Position numbers and translations under genes: made by a program. A DNA stretch of 64,000 nucleotides, taken from Spirochaetota bacterium (lineage in GTDB: Bacteria; Spirochaetota; UBA12135; COTS27; CBDBHE01). Numbering within the stretch: the stretch's first letter is position 1; the number at the start of each line of letters is the position of its first letter. The notes beneath the pieces were generated by a model. It saw nothing but the letters and a program-made list of their open reading frames with translations. It did not search any database and had not been told where the DNA came from. Shown one piece after another: positions 20,493-30,487 of the stretch. The DNA lies in assembly GCA_965205605.1 (NCBI GenBank), contig CBDBHE010000006.1, forward strand, positions 224,001 through 288,000, read 5' to 3'.

Positions 20493-21587
20493 ATGCTCTT
20501 TGAAAACAAGTCGGTTTTTCGTCTTGTTAAGCGACATCAATATATTGATGATTGGTTTCCTTTTCGCTATTCTTTAGATTTAGAAAGTGGTTGTGCTTAC
20601 AAATGTGTTTTTTGTCGTGTTAATTGGCGTGAAGAAAAAACGCTTATTAAAAAAGAGAATGCTTTAGAGATTTTTGAAAAAGAAGTTAAAGGGATTCCTA
20701 AAAATCAATTAATTGGGTTAGGAGGTGGTTATAATGAACTTTTTTCAAAGCCACTTGATAATAGTAGTTTTAGTAAACGCTTTATTCATCTTTTGATCAA
20801 AAACGAATTAACTCCTTTCATTTTAACACGTAGCCAAGGAGTTTCTATTTTACTTTCCACAGCACAACTTTTTTCTAAAGAACAATTGCCTGTTATTGCG
20901 ATGAGTATTTCTTCTGTTGATAATGCCTCTTCGCAATTAATTGAGCCTGATAGCTGTTTACCTAGTGAACGTTTAGAAGCTTTGATAAAACTTGTTGAGG
21001 AAGGATTTAAAATAGGCATTTGTTATATGCCTGTGATTCCTTTTTTTAATGACTCAAAAGAAGAAATTGAAATTACGGTTGTAAAAGCAAAGGAAATTAA
21101 AAGTTCGTTTATTTTATTTAATATGTTGGATAAAGAAGCTCTTTTGTACTTATGGGAGCGTGATTTTTTTTCTAAAAATAAAACGCAACGTCAAAAGGTA
21201 AAAGAACTTTTAGACGAAAAAGAAACTTTGAAAGCTTATTACTTGGAGAAGGAATTTTTTTTTATTGAATGCTGTAAAAAACATAAAATACTCCCTAGAA
21301 TTGAACGTTCTCTTTTTTCTGGAAAAATTTCGCTTAAAGATGAAATTACGGTTGTTTTAGCAAGACTTTATTATTATTTTTTTTATCTCAAGACGAAGAA
21401 AGATGGGTTTCGTTTTGCAGCTTATTCTTTAAATAAGTTAAGTGAAGAGGAATTTGAAAAGCATTTAAAAAATTATTCTTTAGATCAGTTAAGTGGTTTT
21501 GGAAAATATATTAGTGAAATTGTTTATAAAATGGTGTATCAAAAAAATTTTGATTATTATGAAAAAAATATAAATGCTTTTTTTTAA
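20493..21587 (+). CDS. SPL-like radical SAM protein with a C-terminal helix-hairpin-helix domain
   Basis: GCAYKCVFC (CxxxCxxC), ILTRS, IEP..LPSERL, MPVIPF; C-terminal FRFAAYSL...LDQLSGFGKYISEIV. Confidence 0.75.
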   Translation: MLFENKSVFRLVKRHQYIDDWFPFRYSLDLESGCAYKCVFCRVNWREEKTLIKKENALEIFEKEVKGIPKNQLIGLGGGYNELFSKPLDNSSFSKRFIHLLIKNELTPFILTRSQGVSILLSTAQLFSKEQLPVIAMSISSVDNASSQLIEPDSCLPSERLEALIKLVEEGFKIGICYMPVIPFFNDSKEEIEITVVKAKEIKSSFILFNMLDKEALLYLWERDFFSKNKTQRQKVKELLDEKETLKAYYLEKEFFFIECCKKHKILPRIERSLFSGKISLKDEITVVLARLYYYFFYLKTKKDGFRFAAYSLNKLSEEEFEKHLKNYSLDQLSGFGKYISEIVYKMVYQKNFDYYEKNINAFF

Positions 21588-21683
21588 TTTTTTATTTTTG
21601 TTTAATTAACTATAATTATACTAAGAGTTTTAAGACTTGAGTTTTTATTAATTTTAAAAACATCAAAAAAGGAATTATAAAAA

Positions 21684-22976
21684 ATGAAAGAAAAAATAGC
21701 GATTATTAATGGGGTAAGGACTCCTATGGGAAAAGCGGGTAGTATGTTAAAAAATATACCCGCGGATGTCTTAGGAGCGTATGCTCTTAAAGAAGTTCTT
21801 CGGATTTCTAATGTTTCTTCTAATCAAATTGATGAAGTTATTTTTGGGAATGTAGCTCAACCACATAATGCAGCTAATATTGCTAGAGTGATTGCTTTAA
21901 AATCAGCTTTACCAATAGAGGTACCGGCTTATACGGTGCACCGCAACTGTGCTTCTGGAATGGAAGCCATTACTTCAGCGGCTGATAAGATTATAGCAGG
22001 TCGTTCAAGGATTTTAGCGGTTGGAGGGAGTGAATCGATGAGTCATATTCCTCTTTTATTTGGAGAAGAGATGAGTTTTTTTTTTGAAAAACTAATTCGA
22101 GCGAAAACATTTAGCCGTAAATTGCTGACGTTTTTTAGTTTTCGTTTGAGTCATTTGAAGCCTGTTGTTGGGCTTGTTGAAGGATTAACCGACCCTGTTT
22201 GTGGGATGATTATGGGAATGACGGCTGAAGTGTTAGCAAAAGAGTTTAAGATTTCTAGAGTAGAGCAAGATCAATATGCGCTGAGGAGTCATCAAAGAGC
22301 TTGTAATGCGATTGAAAAAAATATTTTTAAAGAAGAAATAGTGCCTGTTTATGATCCTAAAGATTATTCTAAAGTTTTAAGTATCGATGAAGGTCCAAGA
22401 AAAGAACAGTCAAGAGAATCTCTTGAAAAATTAAGACCATATTTTGATAGAAAAAATGGGACAGTGACAATTGGTAATTCTTGTCCTGTTAGTGATGGAG
22501 CTTGTGCGTTAGTTTTGATGAGTGAGAAAAGAGCGAAAAGTATGAAATTAAAACCTTTGGGGTATCTTAGAGACTATGCTTACGTTTCTTTGGATCCTCA
22601 TAGAATGGGACTAGGTCCTGTGTATGCAACCAATAAATTATTAAATCAAACAGGTGGAGCAATGAAGGATTTTGATTTAATTGAGATGAATGAAGCGTTT
22701 GCTGCTCAAGTGATTGCAAATGAAAAAGCTTTTGATTCGAGCTTGTTTGCAAAAAAATATTTAGATAAAAGTAAAGCCTTAGGAGCTTTAAATAGAAATC
22801 GTATCAATGTTAATGGAGGGGCGATTGCTTTAGGTCATCCTGTAGGAATGACAGGTGCTAGGTTGGTACTTCACCTTTTAAAAGAGCTTAAAAGAAAAAA
22901 GAAGTCAAGAGGGCTTGCAACTCTTTGTGTAGGTGGTGGACAAGGAGCTGCTTTAGATTTAGAAGTAGCAGCATGA
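21684..22976 (+). CDS. fadI: 3-ketoacyl-CoA thiolase (FadI type)
   Basis: RNCASG, NEAFAAQ, GHPVGMTG, LCVGGGQG. Confidence 0.9.
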   Translation: MKEKIAIINGVRTPMGKAGSMLKNIPADVLGAYALKEVLRISNVSSNQIDEVIFGNVAQPHNAANIARVIALKSALPIEVPAYTVHRNCASGMEAITSAADKIIAGRSRILAVGGSESMSHIPLLFGEEMSFFFEKLIRAKTFSRKLLTFFSFRLSHLKPVVGLVEGLTDPVCGMIMGMTAEVLAKEFKISRVEQDQYALRSHQRACNAIEKNIFKEEIVPVYDPKDYSKVLSIDEGPRKEQSRESLEKLRPYFDRKNGTVTIGNSCPVSDGACALVLMSEKRAKSMKLKPLGYLRDYAYVSLDPHRMGLGPVYATNKLLNQTGGAMKDFDLIEMNEAFAAQVIANEKAFDSSLFAKKYLDKSKALGALNRNRINVNGGAIALGHPVGMTGARLVLHLLKELKRKKKSRGLATLCVGGGQGAALDLEVAA

Positions 22977-25102
22977 TAAAACTTAAAACTGAAAAACAAG
23001 GCATTAAAAGACTTGTTTTTGATCTTCAAAATGAAAAAGTTAATAAGCTTAGTTTAAAAGTCCTTTTAAAGCTTGATGAAACACTTGATCAGTTATCAAA
23101 AAATAAGGAAACAAAGTTACTAACTATTGAGAGTGGTAAAGAAAAAATCTTTATTGCTGGTGCAGATATTAGTGAAATCCAAAGTATTCAAAATCCAAAA
23201 GAAGCTGAAGAAAAATCAAAACAAGGTCAAGAAATTTTATCTAAAATAGAAAATTTACCTTTTTCAACGGTTGCTGTTATTCATGGGGCTTGTTTAGGAG
23301 GTGGTCTTGAGCTTGCTTTGTGTTGTGATTATCGAGTGGTTACTGATGCGGCTGAAACAAAGATAGGTCTACCTGAAGTTAATCTTGGTATTATTCCTGG
23401 ATTTGGAGGTTGTTACCGATTGCCTAAAGTGATCGGTTTAGAGAAATCTTTGGAAATGATCACTACAGGTAAAATCATTGATGGTCGTAAAGCTTTTAAA
23501 ATAGGTTTGGCGGATGCTTGTTATCACGTAGAGTATTTGGAAATGTTTCTCCCTTCTTTTTTAGAAAAAATTAAAAACTCTAAAAAGAAAAAAAAGAAAC
23601 CTTCTTTTTTAATGCGTCAGTTTTTATTAGAAAAAAATATTTTTGGAAGAAAACTTCTTTTTTCTATGGCAAAATCTCAGCTTTTAAAAAAGACAAAAGG
23701 CTTTTATCCCGCTCCTCTTAAGGCGATCCAGGCGATTTCAAAAATTCAGGGCAAAAGAAGAAAAAAAGCTCTTAAAATAGAAAGAAAAATTTTTTCTATT
23801 TTAGCAACAACTGAAATTAGCAAAAATCTTATTAATCTTTTTTACACTTCTGAAGCCTTAAAAAAAGATACAGGTGTTAATAAAAAAAATAACGTGTCTC
23901 CAAAAAAAATCAATACCTTAGGTGTTTTGGGAGCAGGAATTATGGGAGGGGGAATTGCTTGGCTTTTTAGTTATAAAGATTTTCGAGTATTGATGAAAGA
24001 TATGGTTTTAGAATTTCTACAAAAAGGATTTGATTCTTGTTATAAAATTTACAAAAATTTATATAAAAGGAGAAAAATTACTTCTAGAGAGATTGAGCTT
24101 AAAATGCTTAAAATTAATGGAGTGCTAGATTATCAAGGAATGGATAAAGCAGAGGTGATTGTTGAAGCTATTGTGGAAGATCTTCAAATTAAAAATAAAG
24201 TTTTTAAAGAACTTGAAACTCATATTTCAAAAGAAGCCATTGTCGCTAGTAACACCTCTTCGCTTTCTATTACCGAAATGGCAAAAGCTTTTAAGGCACC
24301 AAAACGATTTTTAGGAATGCACTTTTTTAACCCTGTTAATCGGATGCTTTTAGTTGAAATTATTGCTGGAAAAGAAACAAGCGATCAAGCCATTGTTACC
24401 CTTGTTTTTCTTTCAAAGAAGCTTGGAAAAGTGCCTGTTGTTGTTAAAGATTGCCCTGGTTTTTTAGTTAATCGAATTTTATTTCCTTATCTAAACGAAG
24501 CCTTATATCTTTTGATAGAAGGTTGCCCTATAGAAAAAATTGATCAAGCGATTGTTTCTTATGGGATGCCAATGGGACCGTTGACTCTTTTAGATGAAGT
24601 GGGTCTTGATACAGCTAATAAAGTAGGGAAAATTTTAGAAAATGGTTATGGAAAGAGAATGGAAGCGTCGATCTTTTTAAAAGAAATGGTTGAAGAAAAA
24701 AAATTACTTGGAAAAAAAAATAAAAAAGGTTTTTATCTCTATGAATCAAAAAACCCTTTGGTTAATTCTGAAATTTTTAAAATCGTTAAGCGTTATAGAA
24801 AAAGTAAAAAGAAAAACTTTTCTTCTGAAGAAATTGTAGAACGATGTTTTTTAGCGATGATTAATGAATCAGCTAAGTGTTTAGAAGAAGGCATTATTTC
24901 AAAAGCTTGTTATTTGGATATGGCAACGATTATGGGTATTGGTTTTCCTCCATTTAGAGGAGGGATTCTTCGGTATGCTGATGCTTTTGGAATTGAAAAA
25001 ATTTCTAAAAGGCTTACTTTTTTTTATGATACTTATGGTAAACGTTATGAAGTAGCTCGTTTGCTTTTAGAGATGTCAGCGAAAAAAAAGAAATTTTATT
25101 AA
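22973..25102 (+). CDS. fadJ: Fatty acid oxidation complex alpha subunit (enoyl-CoA hydratase/3-hydroxyacyl-CoA dehydrogenase)
   Basis: FIAGADI, LGGGLE, GLPEV, GAGIMGGGIA, SNTSSL, HFFNP. ATG 22973 overlaps the fadI TGA. Confidence 0.92.
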   Translation: MIKLKTEKQGIKRLVFDLQNEKVNKLSLKVLLKLDETLDQLSKNKETKLLTIESGKEKIFIAGADISEIQSIQNPKEAEEKSKQGQEILSKIENLPFSTVAVIHGACLGGGLELALCCDYRVVTDAAETKIGLPEVNLGIIPGFGGCYRLPKVIGLEKSLEMITTGKIIDGRKAFKIGLADACYHVEYLEMFLPSFLEKIKNSKKKKKKPSFLMRQFLLEKNIFGRKLLFSMAKSQLLKKTKGFYPAPLKAIQAISKIQGKRRKKALKIERKIFSILATTEISKNLINLFYTSEALKKDTGVNKKNNVSPKKINTLGVLGAGIMGGGIAWLFSYKDFRVLMKDMVLEFLQKGFDSCYKIYKNLYKRRKITSREIELKMLKINGVLDYQGMDKAEVIVEAIVEDLQIKNKVFKELETHISKEAIVASNTSSLSITEMAKAFKAPKRFLGMHFFNPVNRMLLVEIIAGKETSDQAIVTLVFLSKKLGKVPVVVKDCPGFLVNRILFPYLNEALYLLIEGCPIEKIDQAIVSYGMPMGPLTLLDEVGLDTANKVGKILENGYGKRMEASIFLKEMVEEKKLLGKKNKKGFYLYESKNPLVNSEIFKIVKRYRKSKKKNFSSEEIVERCFLAMINESAKCLEEGIISKACYLDMATIMGIGFPPFRGGILRYADAFGIEKISKRLTFFYDTYGKRYEVARLLLEMSAKKKKFY

Positions 25103-25123
25103 ATTATAAAAAAGGAAATTAAA

Positions 25124-27007
25124 GTGAAAAAAATTAAATCATTAGATCAAAAGCAGATCGATGAAAAAAAAGAAGCCATGGATATTGCTGAAGATTCACG
25201 TCAAAAAGATTGGCATTACCCTAGTTTTATGGCAGAGCTTTTTAAAGGTAATTTTAGATGGGATTTAATGTGCTCGTATCCAAAGCAAGATCCAAAAGAT
25301 AAAAAAGAAGGCGATCTCTTTATTGTTAAGCTTGAAAAATGTCTTAAAAAAAATATTGATCCTGCAGAAGTGGATAAAAATGGAAAATTACCCCCCCAAG
25401 CCCTTAAAGAACTTGCTAAAATAGGGGCTTTTGGGATGAAAATTTCAAAAACTTATGGAGGACTTGGACTTTCGGTGGTTAATTATACTAGAGCCGTTGC
25501 TTTTACTAGTACTTATTGTGCTTCGACAGCGGTTTGGCTTTCTGCTCACCAAAGTATTGGAGTCCCTCAGCCACTGAAGCTTTTTGGTACAGCAGCTCAA
25601 AAGAAAAAATACTTGCCTCAATTTGCAAAAGGAGCTATTTCTGCTTTTGCTCTCACAGAACCAAATGTTGGTTCTGATCCTGCAAAGATGATGACAACAG
25701 CAAAGTTTTCAAAAGATGACAAATTTTATCTTTTAAATGGTATTAAGCAGTGGTGTACCAATGGGCCTTCGGCAGATATTATTATTGTGATGGCTTTAAC
25801 AGCTCCTAAGATTATTAGAGGAAAGGAAAAAAAGCAAATCTCTGCTTTTATTGTTGAAACAAAAACACCTGGTTTTAAAGTGCTGCATCGATGTCAGTTT
25901 ATGGGGATACGGGGTATTTCTAATGGGCTTTTAAGTTTTAAAAATGTTAAAGTCCCTGTTGAAAACCGAATTGGAAAAGAAGGAGAAGGGCTTAAAATAT
26001 CCTTTGTTACTTTAAATGCAGGTCGATTGGCTATTCCTGCTTGTTCAGCAGCAGCTGGAAAATGGTGTATGAATGTTAGTCGTAATTGGGCAAACAATCG
26101 CGTCCAGTGGGGGAATCCTATTGGAAAACACCAGGCAATAGCTAAGAAATTAGCTAATATGTCAGCGGATACGTTTGCGATGGAAAGTATGGCGTTTTGG
26201 ACTGCTTTTATGGCAGATAAAGAAAAGGTAGATATTCGTCTTGAGGCCGCTTGTGCCAAATATTATGCTTCTGAAGCCGCTTGGAATATTGTAGATGAAA
26301 CACTTCAAATTAGAGGTGGCAGGGGATTTGAAACAGACTCTTCTCTTAAAGCAAGAGGTGAGGAAGGGATCCCTGTTGAGCGTGTTTTAAGAGACATTCG
26401 TATTAATCGTATTATTGAAGGGACTAGTGAAATTATGCAACTTTTTATTGCAAGAGAAGCAGTTGATATGCATTTCCGTATGGCAAAACCTCTTTTAACC
26501 CCTCACAATGTTTTTAGCTCTAAAATCACCGCACTCATTAAGATGGGGTTCTTTTATTTTTTCTGGTATCCAAGACAATGGATCTGTCTTCCTTTTTTTA
26601 AGAGAGTAAAAATGCTTAATGGAGAAAACAAAAAACATTTGTCTTATATCAAAAAAATATCAAAAAAGTTGGCTAAAAGTGTTTTTCATTCAATGGTTCG
26701 CTTTGGTCCTTCTTTAGAACGTCAACAACTCATCTTAGCTAATCATGTCGATATAGGCGTGAATCTTTTTACAATGGCAACCATGCTTTCAAAAACCGAG
26801 TATGAATGCCATCAGCAAAAAAAAAATAAACAAAGTATCCAGTCTCTTTGTGATTTTTACTGTATCAATGCAAGAGAGAGAATCAAAAATAGTTTTCATC
26901 AAATTCGATTTAAAAATTATAAGAAAATGGAAAAAGTGAACCATTCTTTCTTAAAAGGAGATTTTAAGTGGCTAGAAGAAGGTATTTTAAAATATAGCTC
27001 TAAATAA
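25124..27007 (+). CDS. Long-chain acyl-CoA dehydrogenase (VLCAD/ACAD9-like)
   Basis: AHQSIG, FALTEPNVGSD, NGIKQWCTNG, RINRIIEGTSEI, extended C-terminal domain. Confidence 0.92.
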   Translation: MKKIKSLDQKQIDEKKEAMDIAEDSRQKDWHYPSFMAELFKGNFRWDLMCSYPKQDPKDKKEGDLFIVKLEKCLKKNIDPAEVDKNGKLPPQALKELAKIGAFGMKISKTYGGLGLSVVNYTRAVAFTSTYCASTAVWLSAHQSIGVPQPLKLFGTAAQKKKYLPQFAKGAISAFALTEPNVGSDPAKMMTTAKFSKDDKFYLLNGIKQWCTNGPSADIIIVMALTAPKIIRGKEKKQISAFIVETKTPGFKVLHRCQFMGIRGISNGLLSFKNVKVPVENRIGKEGEGLKISFVTLNAGRLAIPACSAAAGKWCMNVSRNWANNRVQWGNPIGKHQAIAKKLANMSADTFAMESMAFWTAFMADKEKVDIRLEAACAKYYASEAAWNIVDETLQIRGGRGFETDSSLKARGEEGIPVERVLRDIRINRIIEGTSEIMQLFIAREAVDMHFRMAKPLLTPHNVFSSKITALIKMGFFYFFWYPRQWICLPFFKRVKMLNGENKKHLSYIKKISKKLAKSVFHSMVRFGPSLERQQLILANHVDIGVNLFTMATMLSKTEYECHQQKKNKQSIQSLCDFYCINARERIKNSFHQIRFKNYKKMEKVNHSFLKGDFKWLEEGILKYSSK

Positions 27008-27045
27008 TAAAAAAACAAATATCTTTTAAGTGATAAATAATTAAT

Positions 27046-29139
27046 TTGAAACCGAGCCCCACTTATAAAGCAACAAGTATTGTTATTAAGATGCTTCAAA
27101 AAATCTTTGGAACAAGTATTGTTGTTGAAGGGATTAAGGATGTGCCTGATAAACAAGTGATGTTTGTTTCTAATCATTTTACTCGTTTTGAGACTTTTGT
27201 TTTACCTTATATTATTCATTTACATAAAAATTATAGTGTAAGAAGCTTGTCTCATAGTGGCTTTTTTAAAGGTTTATTTGGAACTTATTTATCAGCCTTA
27301 GGCGCCATTGCTGAAAATGATCCCATGCGAAATAAAATCATTATTCGTGACCTTATGGAAGCCAAATCTAATTGGCTTATTTATCCAGAAGGAATGTTAG
27401 TTAAAAATAAAAAAATTTATAAAAAAGGAAAATTTATTTTAGAATCTCCTGAATATAAAGGGTTTCCTCATACAGGGGCTGCTTTACTTGCCCTTAAAGC
27501 ACAACTTAAAAAAAGAGAGATGCTTGTAAAAAAAGAAAAAACAGTTTCGCTTCAAGAAGATTTAGCAAAAGCGTCTATTAAAATTGTTCCTGTTTATATT
27601 TCTTATTATCCAATTAGACCCGAAGACAATTATATCAAGTCACTTGCTCAAAAATTAGTTAAAAAACTCCCTGCTCGATTGGAAGAAGAGCTCCAAGTAG
27701 AAGGGAGCCTTCTTTTAAAATCCAATATTCATATTCATTTTCAAAAACCAATTGATGTTTGGAAATTTACTGAAAAAAGGACCAAAGTATTAAGAAATCT
27801 TTTTTTTCTTCCTTTAAAAATAAGACGGGGGCTTATGTATCAAAAGATTCGTTTCTCTTTAACGAGATTTTATATGAAGCGTCTTTATGAAGGCATGGAT
27901 ATTAATATGGATCATTTGTTTTTAGCTTTGATCAAAATGGGAAAAAAAAGTGTGACAATCGAGCACTTGAAAAAAATGATTATTCTTTTGTATTTAATGA
28001 TTAAAAACGAAGAAAAATATTCAGCACATCTTTTATTAAAAAAGGAAATTGCTTTTCTTTTGGAGAATCAAAAAAGTAAAGCTTTCGATTCTATTTTAAA
28101 TTTGGCTTTATCAGAAAATCTCGTTAAAAAAAAAGAATCGATTCTTTTGATAGATAAAACTAAGTTAGTGGAAAAGGTTGCTTTTCATCAAATAAGACTT
28201 GTTAATGTTTGTCAGGTTATTTTTAATGAATTGATGCCTTTGCGTTATTTTTTTAAATATATTCAAAAAATTCCTTTTAAAAGTTATGATCAAACTTTAA
28301 AAAAAATATCTTATGAAATAAGACGTTTTGATGAAAAAGAATACGAAAAAGATTATCAAAAAACTTATCAAAAAAAAATTAGCAAGCCAAAAGAAATAGG
28401 GAGTCCTTTTTTTCTAAAAGGTTCTAAAAAAACAGGGGTTGTTTTGTCACATGGTTATGGAGCTTCTCCGGGAGAAGTTTTAAATTTAGCAAAATATCTT
28501 CATAAACAAAAAGGATATAGTGTTTATGGGGTCCGACTTAAAGGTCATGGGACTGTCGCTGAAAATATGCTAGAAGTGAGTTGGAAAGATTGGTATAACA
28601 ATTATCAAAAGGGATATCAAATTATTAAACATTATTGTTCAGAAGTTGTTTTAATGGGTTTTTCTACAGGGGGTGTTTTGGCGATGTTGTCTGCTAGTAA
28701 AATAAAAGACAATATTAAAAAGGTGGTTTCTATTAATGCTCCTATTGTTTTAATGAATAAAAAAAATCAATTAGTTCCTGCTATTAGTTGGTGGAATGAC
28801 TTGATGGATAAATTTAATTTAAAAAATATTAAATATGAATATATCAATACTAATCCAGAATATCCAATTACTAATTATTCTAAAAACTATATTAAAGGTG
28901 TTTTACAATTAAGATTGCTAATAGAAAAATGTACTCGATCTCTAAAAAAAATAAAAACTCCTATTTTGATTATTCAATCAAATGAAGACCCAGTCGTTGA
29001 TCCTAAAAGTGCTCGTATTATTTTAGATAAGATAGGGGCTTTGAGTAAAGAATTTTATGAATTTTATAGTAAACGACATGTCATTATTAGAGGAAAACAT
29101 AGTTTGGATATTTTTGAAAAAATAGCTGATTTTATTTAG
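27046..29139 (+). CDS. Fusion of a PlsB/PlsC-type acyltransferase domain and an alpha/beta-hydrolase (lipase/esterase)
   Basis: NHFTRFE and YPEG in the N-terminal domain; SHGY, GHG, GFSTGG, DPVV and RH triad in the C-terminal domain. Confidence 0.8.
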   Translation: MKPSPTYKATSIVIKMLQKIFGTSIVVEGIKDVPDKQVMFVSNHFTRFETFVLPYIIHLHKNYSVRSLSHSGFFKGLFGTYLSALGAIAENDPMRNKIIIRDLMEAKSNWLIYPEGMLVKNKKIYKKGKFILESPEYKGFPHTGAALLALKAQLKKREMLVKKEKTVSLQEDLAKASIKIVPVYISYYPIRPEDNYIKSLAQKLVKKLPARLEEELQVEGSLLLKSNIHIHFQKPIDVWKFTEKRTKVLRNLFFLPLKIRRGLMYQKIRFSLTRFYMKRLYEGMDINMDHLFLALIKMGKKSVTIEHLKKMIILLYLMIKNEEKYSAHLLLKKEIAFLLENQKSKAFDSILNLALSENLVKKKESILLIDKTKLVEKVAFHQIRLVNVCQVIFNELMPLRYFFKYIQKIPFKSYDQTLKKISYEIRRFDEKEYEKDYQKTYQKKISKPKEIGSPFFLKGSKKTGVVLSHGYGASPGEVLNLAKYLHKQKGYSVYGVRLKGHGTVAENMLEVSWKDWYNNYQKGYQIIKHYCSEVVLMGFSTGGVLAMLSASKIKDNIKKVVSINAPIVLMNKKNQLVPAISWWNDLMDKFNLKNIKYEYINTNPEYPITNYSKNYIKGVLQLRLLIEKCTRSLKKIKTPILIIQSNEDPVVDPKSARIILDKIGALSKEFYEFYSKRHVIIRGKHSLDIFEKIADFI

Positions 29140-29265
29140 TTTTATCTTTAAATTTTAATTAATGCAATAATTTACATATTATATTAATATATTAAGATTC
29201 TTTCATTTGTTCTAAAGGTAAAAATCAAACTAACTTAAACAATAATAAAAAGAGGATTAAACCAC

Positions 29266-30453
29266 TTGAGTAAAATAAAATCAAATCATGTTTTTACTTC
29301 CGAATCTGTTTCAGAAGGTCACCCTGATAAAATTTGTGATTGTGTTTCTGATGCTATTTTAGATGCTTGTCTTGAAAAAGATAAATTGAGTCGAGTTGCT
29401 TGTGAAACGATGGTATCAACTAATTTCTTAGTTAATTCGGGTGAGATTACTTGTTCGAAATGGAATGAAATTAATCCTGAAGTAATTGCCAGAAAAGTAG
29501 TTGAAGACATTGGTTATAATAAAGAAGAATATTGTTTTTCTCATAATAGTTTTGAGTATTTAAATCGTCTTCATGGACAATCTCCTGATATTTCTCAGGG
29601 GGTTACAAAAAATGAAGGGCTTGACAAAGAGCAAGGAGCCGGAGATCAAGGAATGGTTTTTGGTTATGCAACCAATGAAACAGAAACATTGATGCCTGCT
29701 CCCATTGCTTATAGTCATAAACTTCTCCTAGGGTTTACAGAGTCTAGGAATAAAAAAGAAATTGCTTATTTAAGACCTGATAGTAAAGGACAAGTTTCTA
29801 TTCGTTACATTAATGGAAAACCTAGTGAAATTACAAGTGTTGTTGTTTCCCATCAAACAGATGATGTTTCATTAGAAATGATACGAAAAGATTTTATTTT
29901 AAAAATCAAGGATATTTTAGGCAATACAGGTTTATTAACAAATGATACTAAGTATTATGTCAATCCCACAGGAAGGTTTGTGATTGGGGGACCTCATGGA
30001 GATGCGGGGCTTACGGGTAGGAAAGTTATTGTGGATACTTATGGTGGTATTGGAAGTCATGGAGGAGGGGCTTTTTCAGGGAAAGACCCTTCAAAAGTCG
30101 ATCGATCTGCAGCTTATTATGCTCGGTATGTTGCTAAAAATATTGTTGCTGCGGGCCTAGCGGATAAGTGTGAGATACAAGCTTCTTATGTGATTGGGGT
30201 GAGTGATCCTGTCAGTATTAATATTGATACGTATGGGACTGCAAAAGTAGCAGAGGCTAAAATAGAGTCTATTTTAAACTCAAAAGAAATTTTTAATTTT
30301 AGACCAGCTGATCTAATCAAAAATTTAGGTTTACTCAAATTTAATCAAAACTGGTCCTACAAACAAACCTCAAGTTATGGTCATTTTGGAAGAGATTTTT
30401 TTCCTTGGGAAAAAACAGATAAAATTGAAGCACTGAGAAGCATCATAAAATAA
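29266..30453 (+). CDS. metK: S-adenosylmethionine synthetase
   Basis: FTSESVSEGHPDK, GAGDQG, GGGAFSGKDPSKVDRSAAY. Confidence 0.98.
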   Translation: MSKIKSNHVFTSESVSEGHPDKICDCVSDAILDACLEKDKLSRVACETMVSTNFLVNSGEITCSKWNEINPEVIARKVVEDIGYNKEEYCFSHNSFEYLNRLHGQSPDISQGVTKNEGLDKEQGAGDQGMVFGYATNETETLMPAPIAYSHKLLLGFTESRNKKEIAYLRPDSKGQVSIRYINGKPSEITSVVVSHQTDDVSLEMIRKDFILKIKDILGNTGLLTNDTKYYVNPTGRFVIGGPHGDAGLTGRKVIVDTYGGIGSHGGGAFSGKDPSKVDRSAAYYARYVAKNIVAAGLADKCEIQASYVIGVSDPVSINIDTYGTAKVAEAKIESILNSKEIFNFRPADLIKNLGLLKFNQNWSYKQTSSYGHFGRDFFPWEKTDKIEALRSIIK

Positions 30454-30487
30454 AGATTTAAATTAATTTAAAAAAAAGGAAATAAAT

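Noticed and set aside
22925-22972. MCRWWTRSC extension of fadJ
   Set aside because: Out-of-frame read of the fadI end; the true start is ATG 22973.
29140-29265. SAM/SAH riboswitch upstream of metK-ahcY
   Set aside because: Leader is short and AT-rich, with no recognisable aptamer or stable stems.
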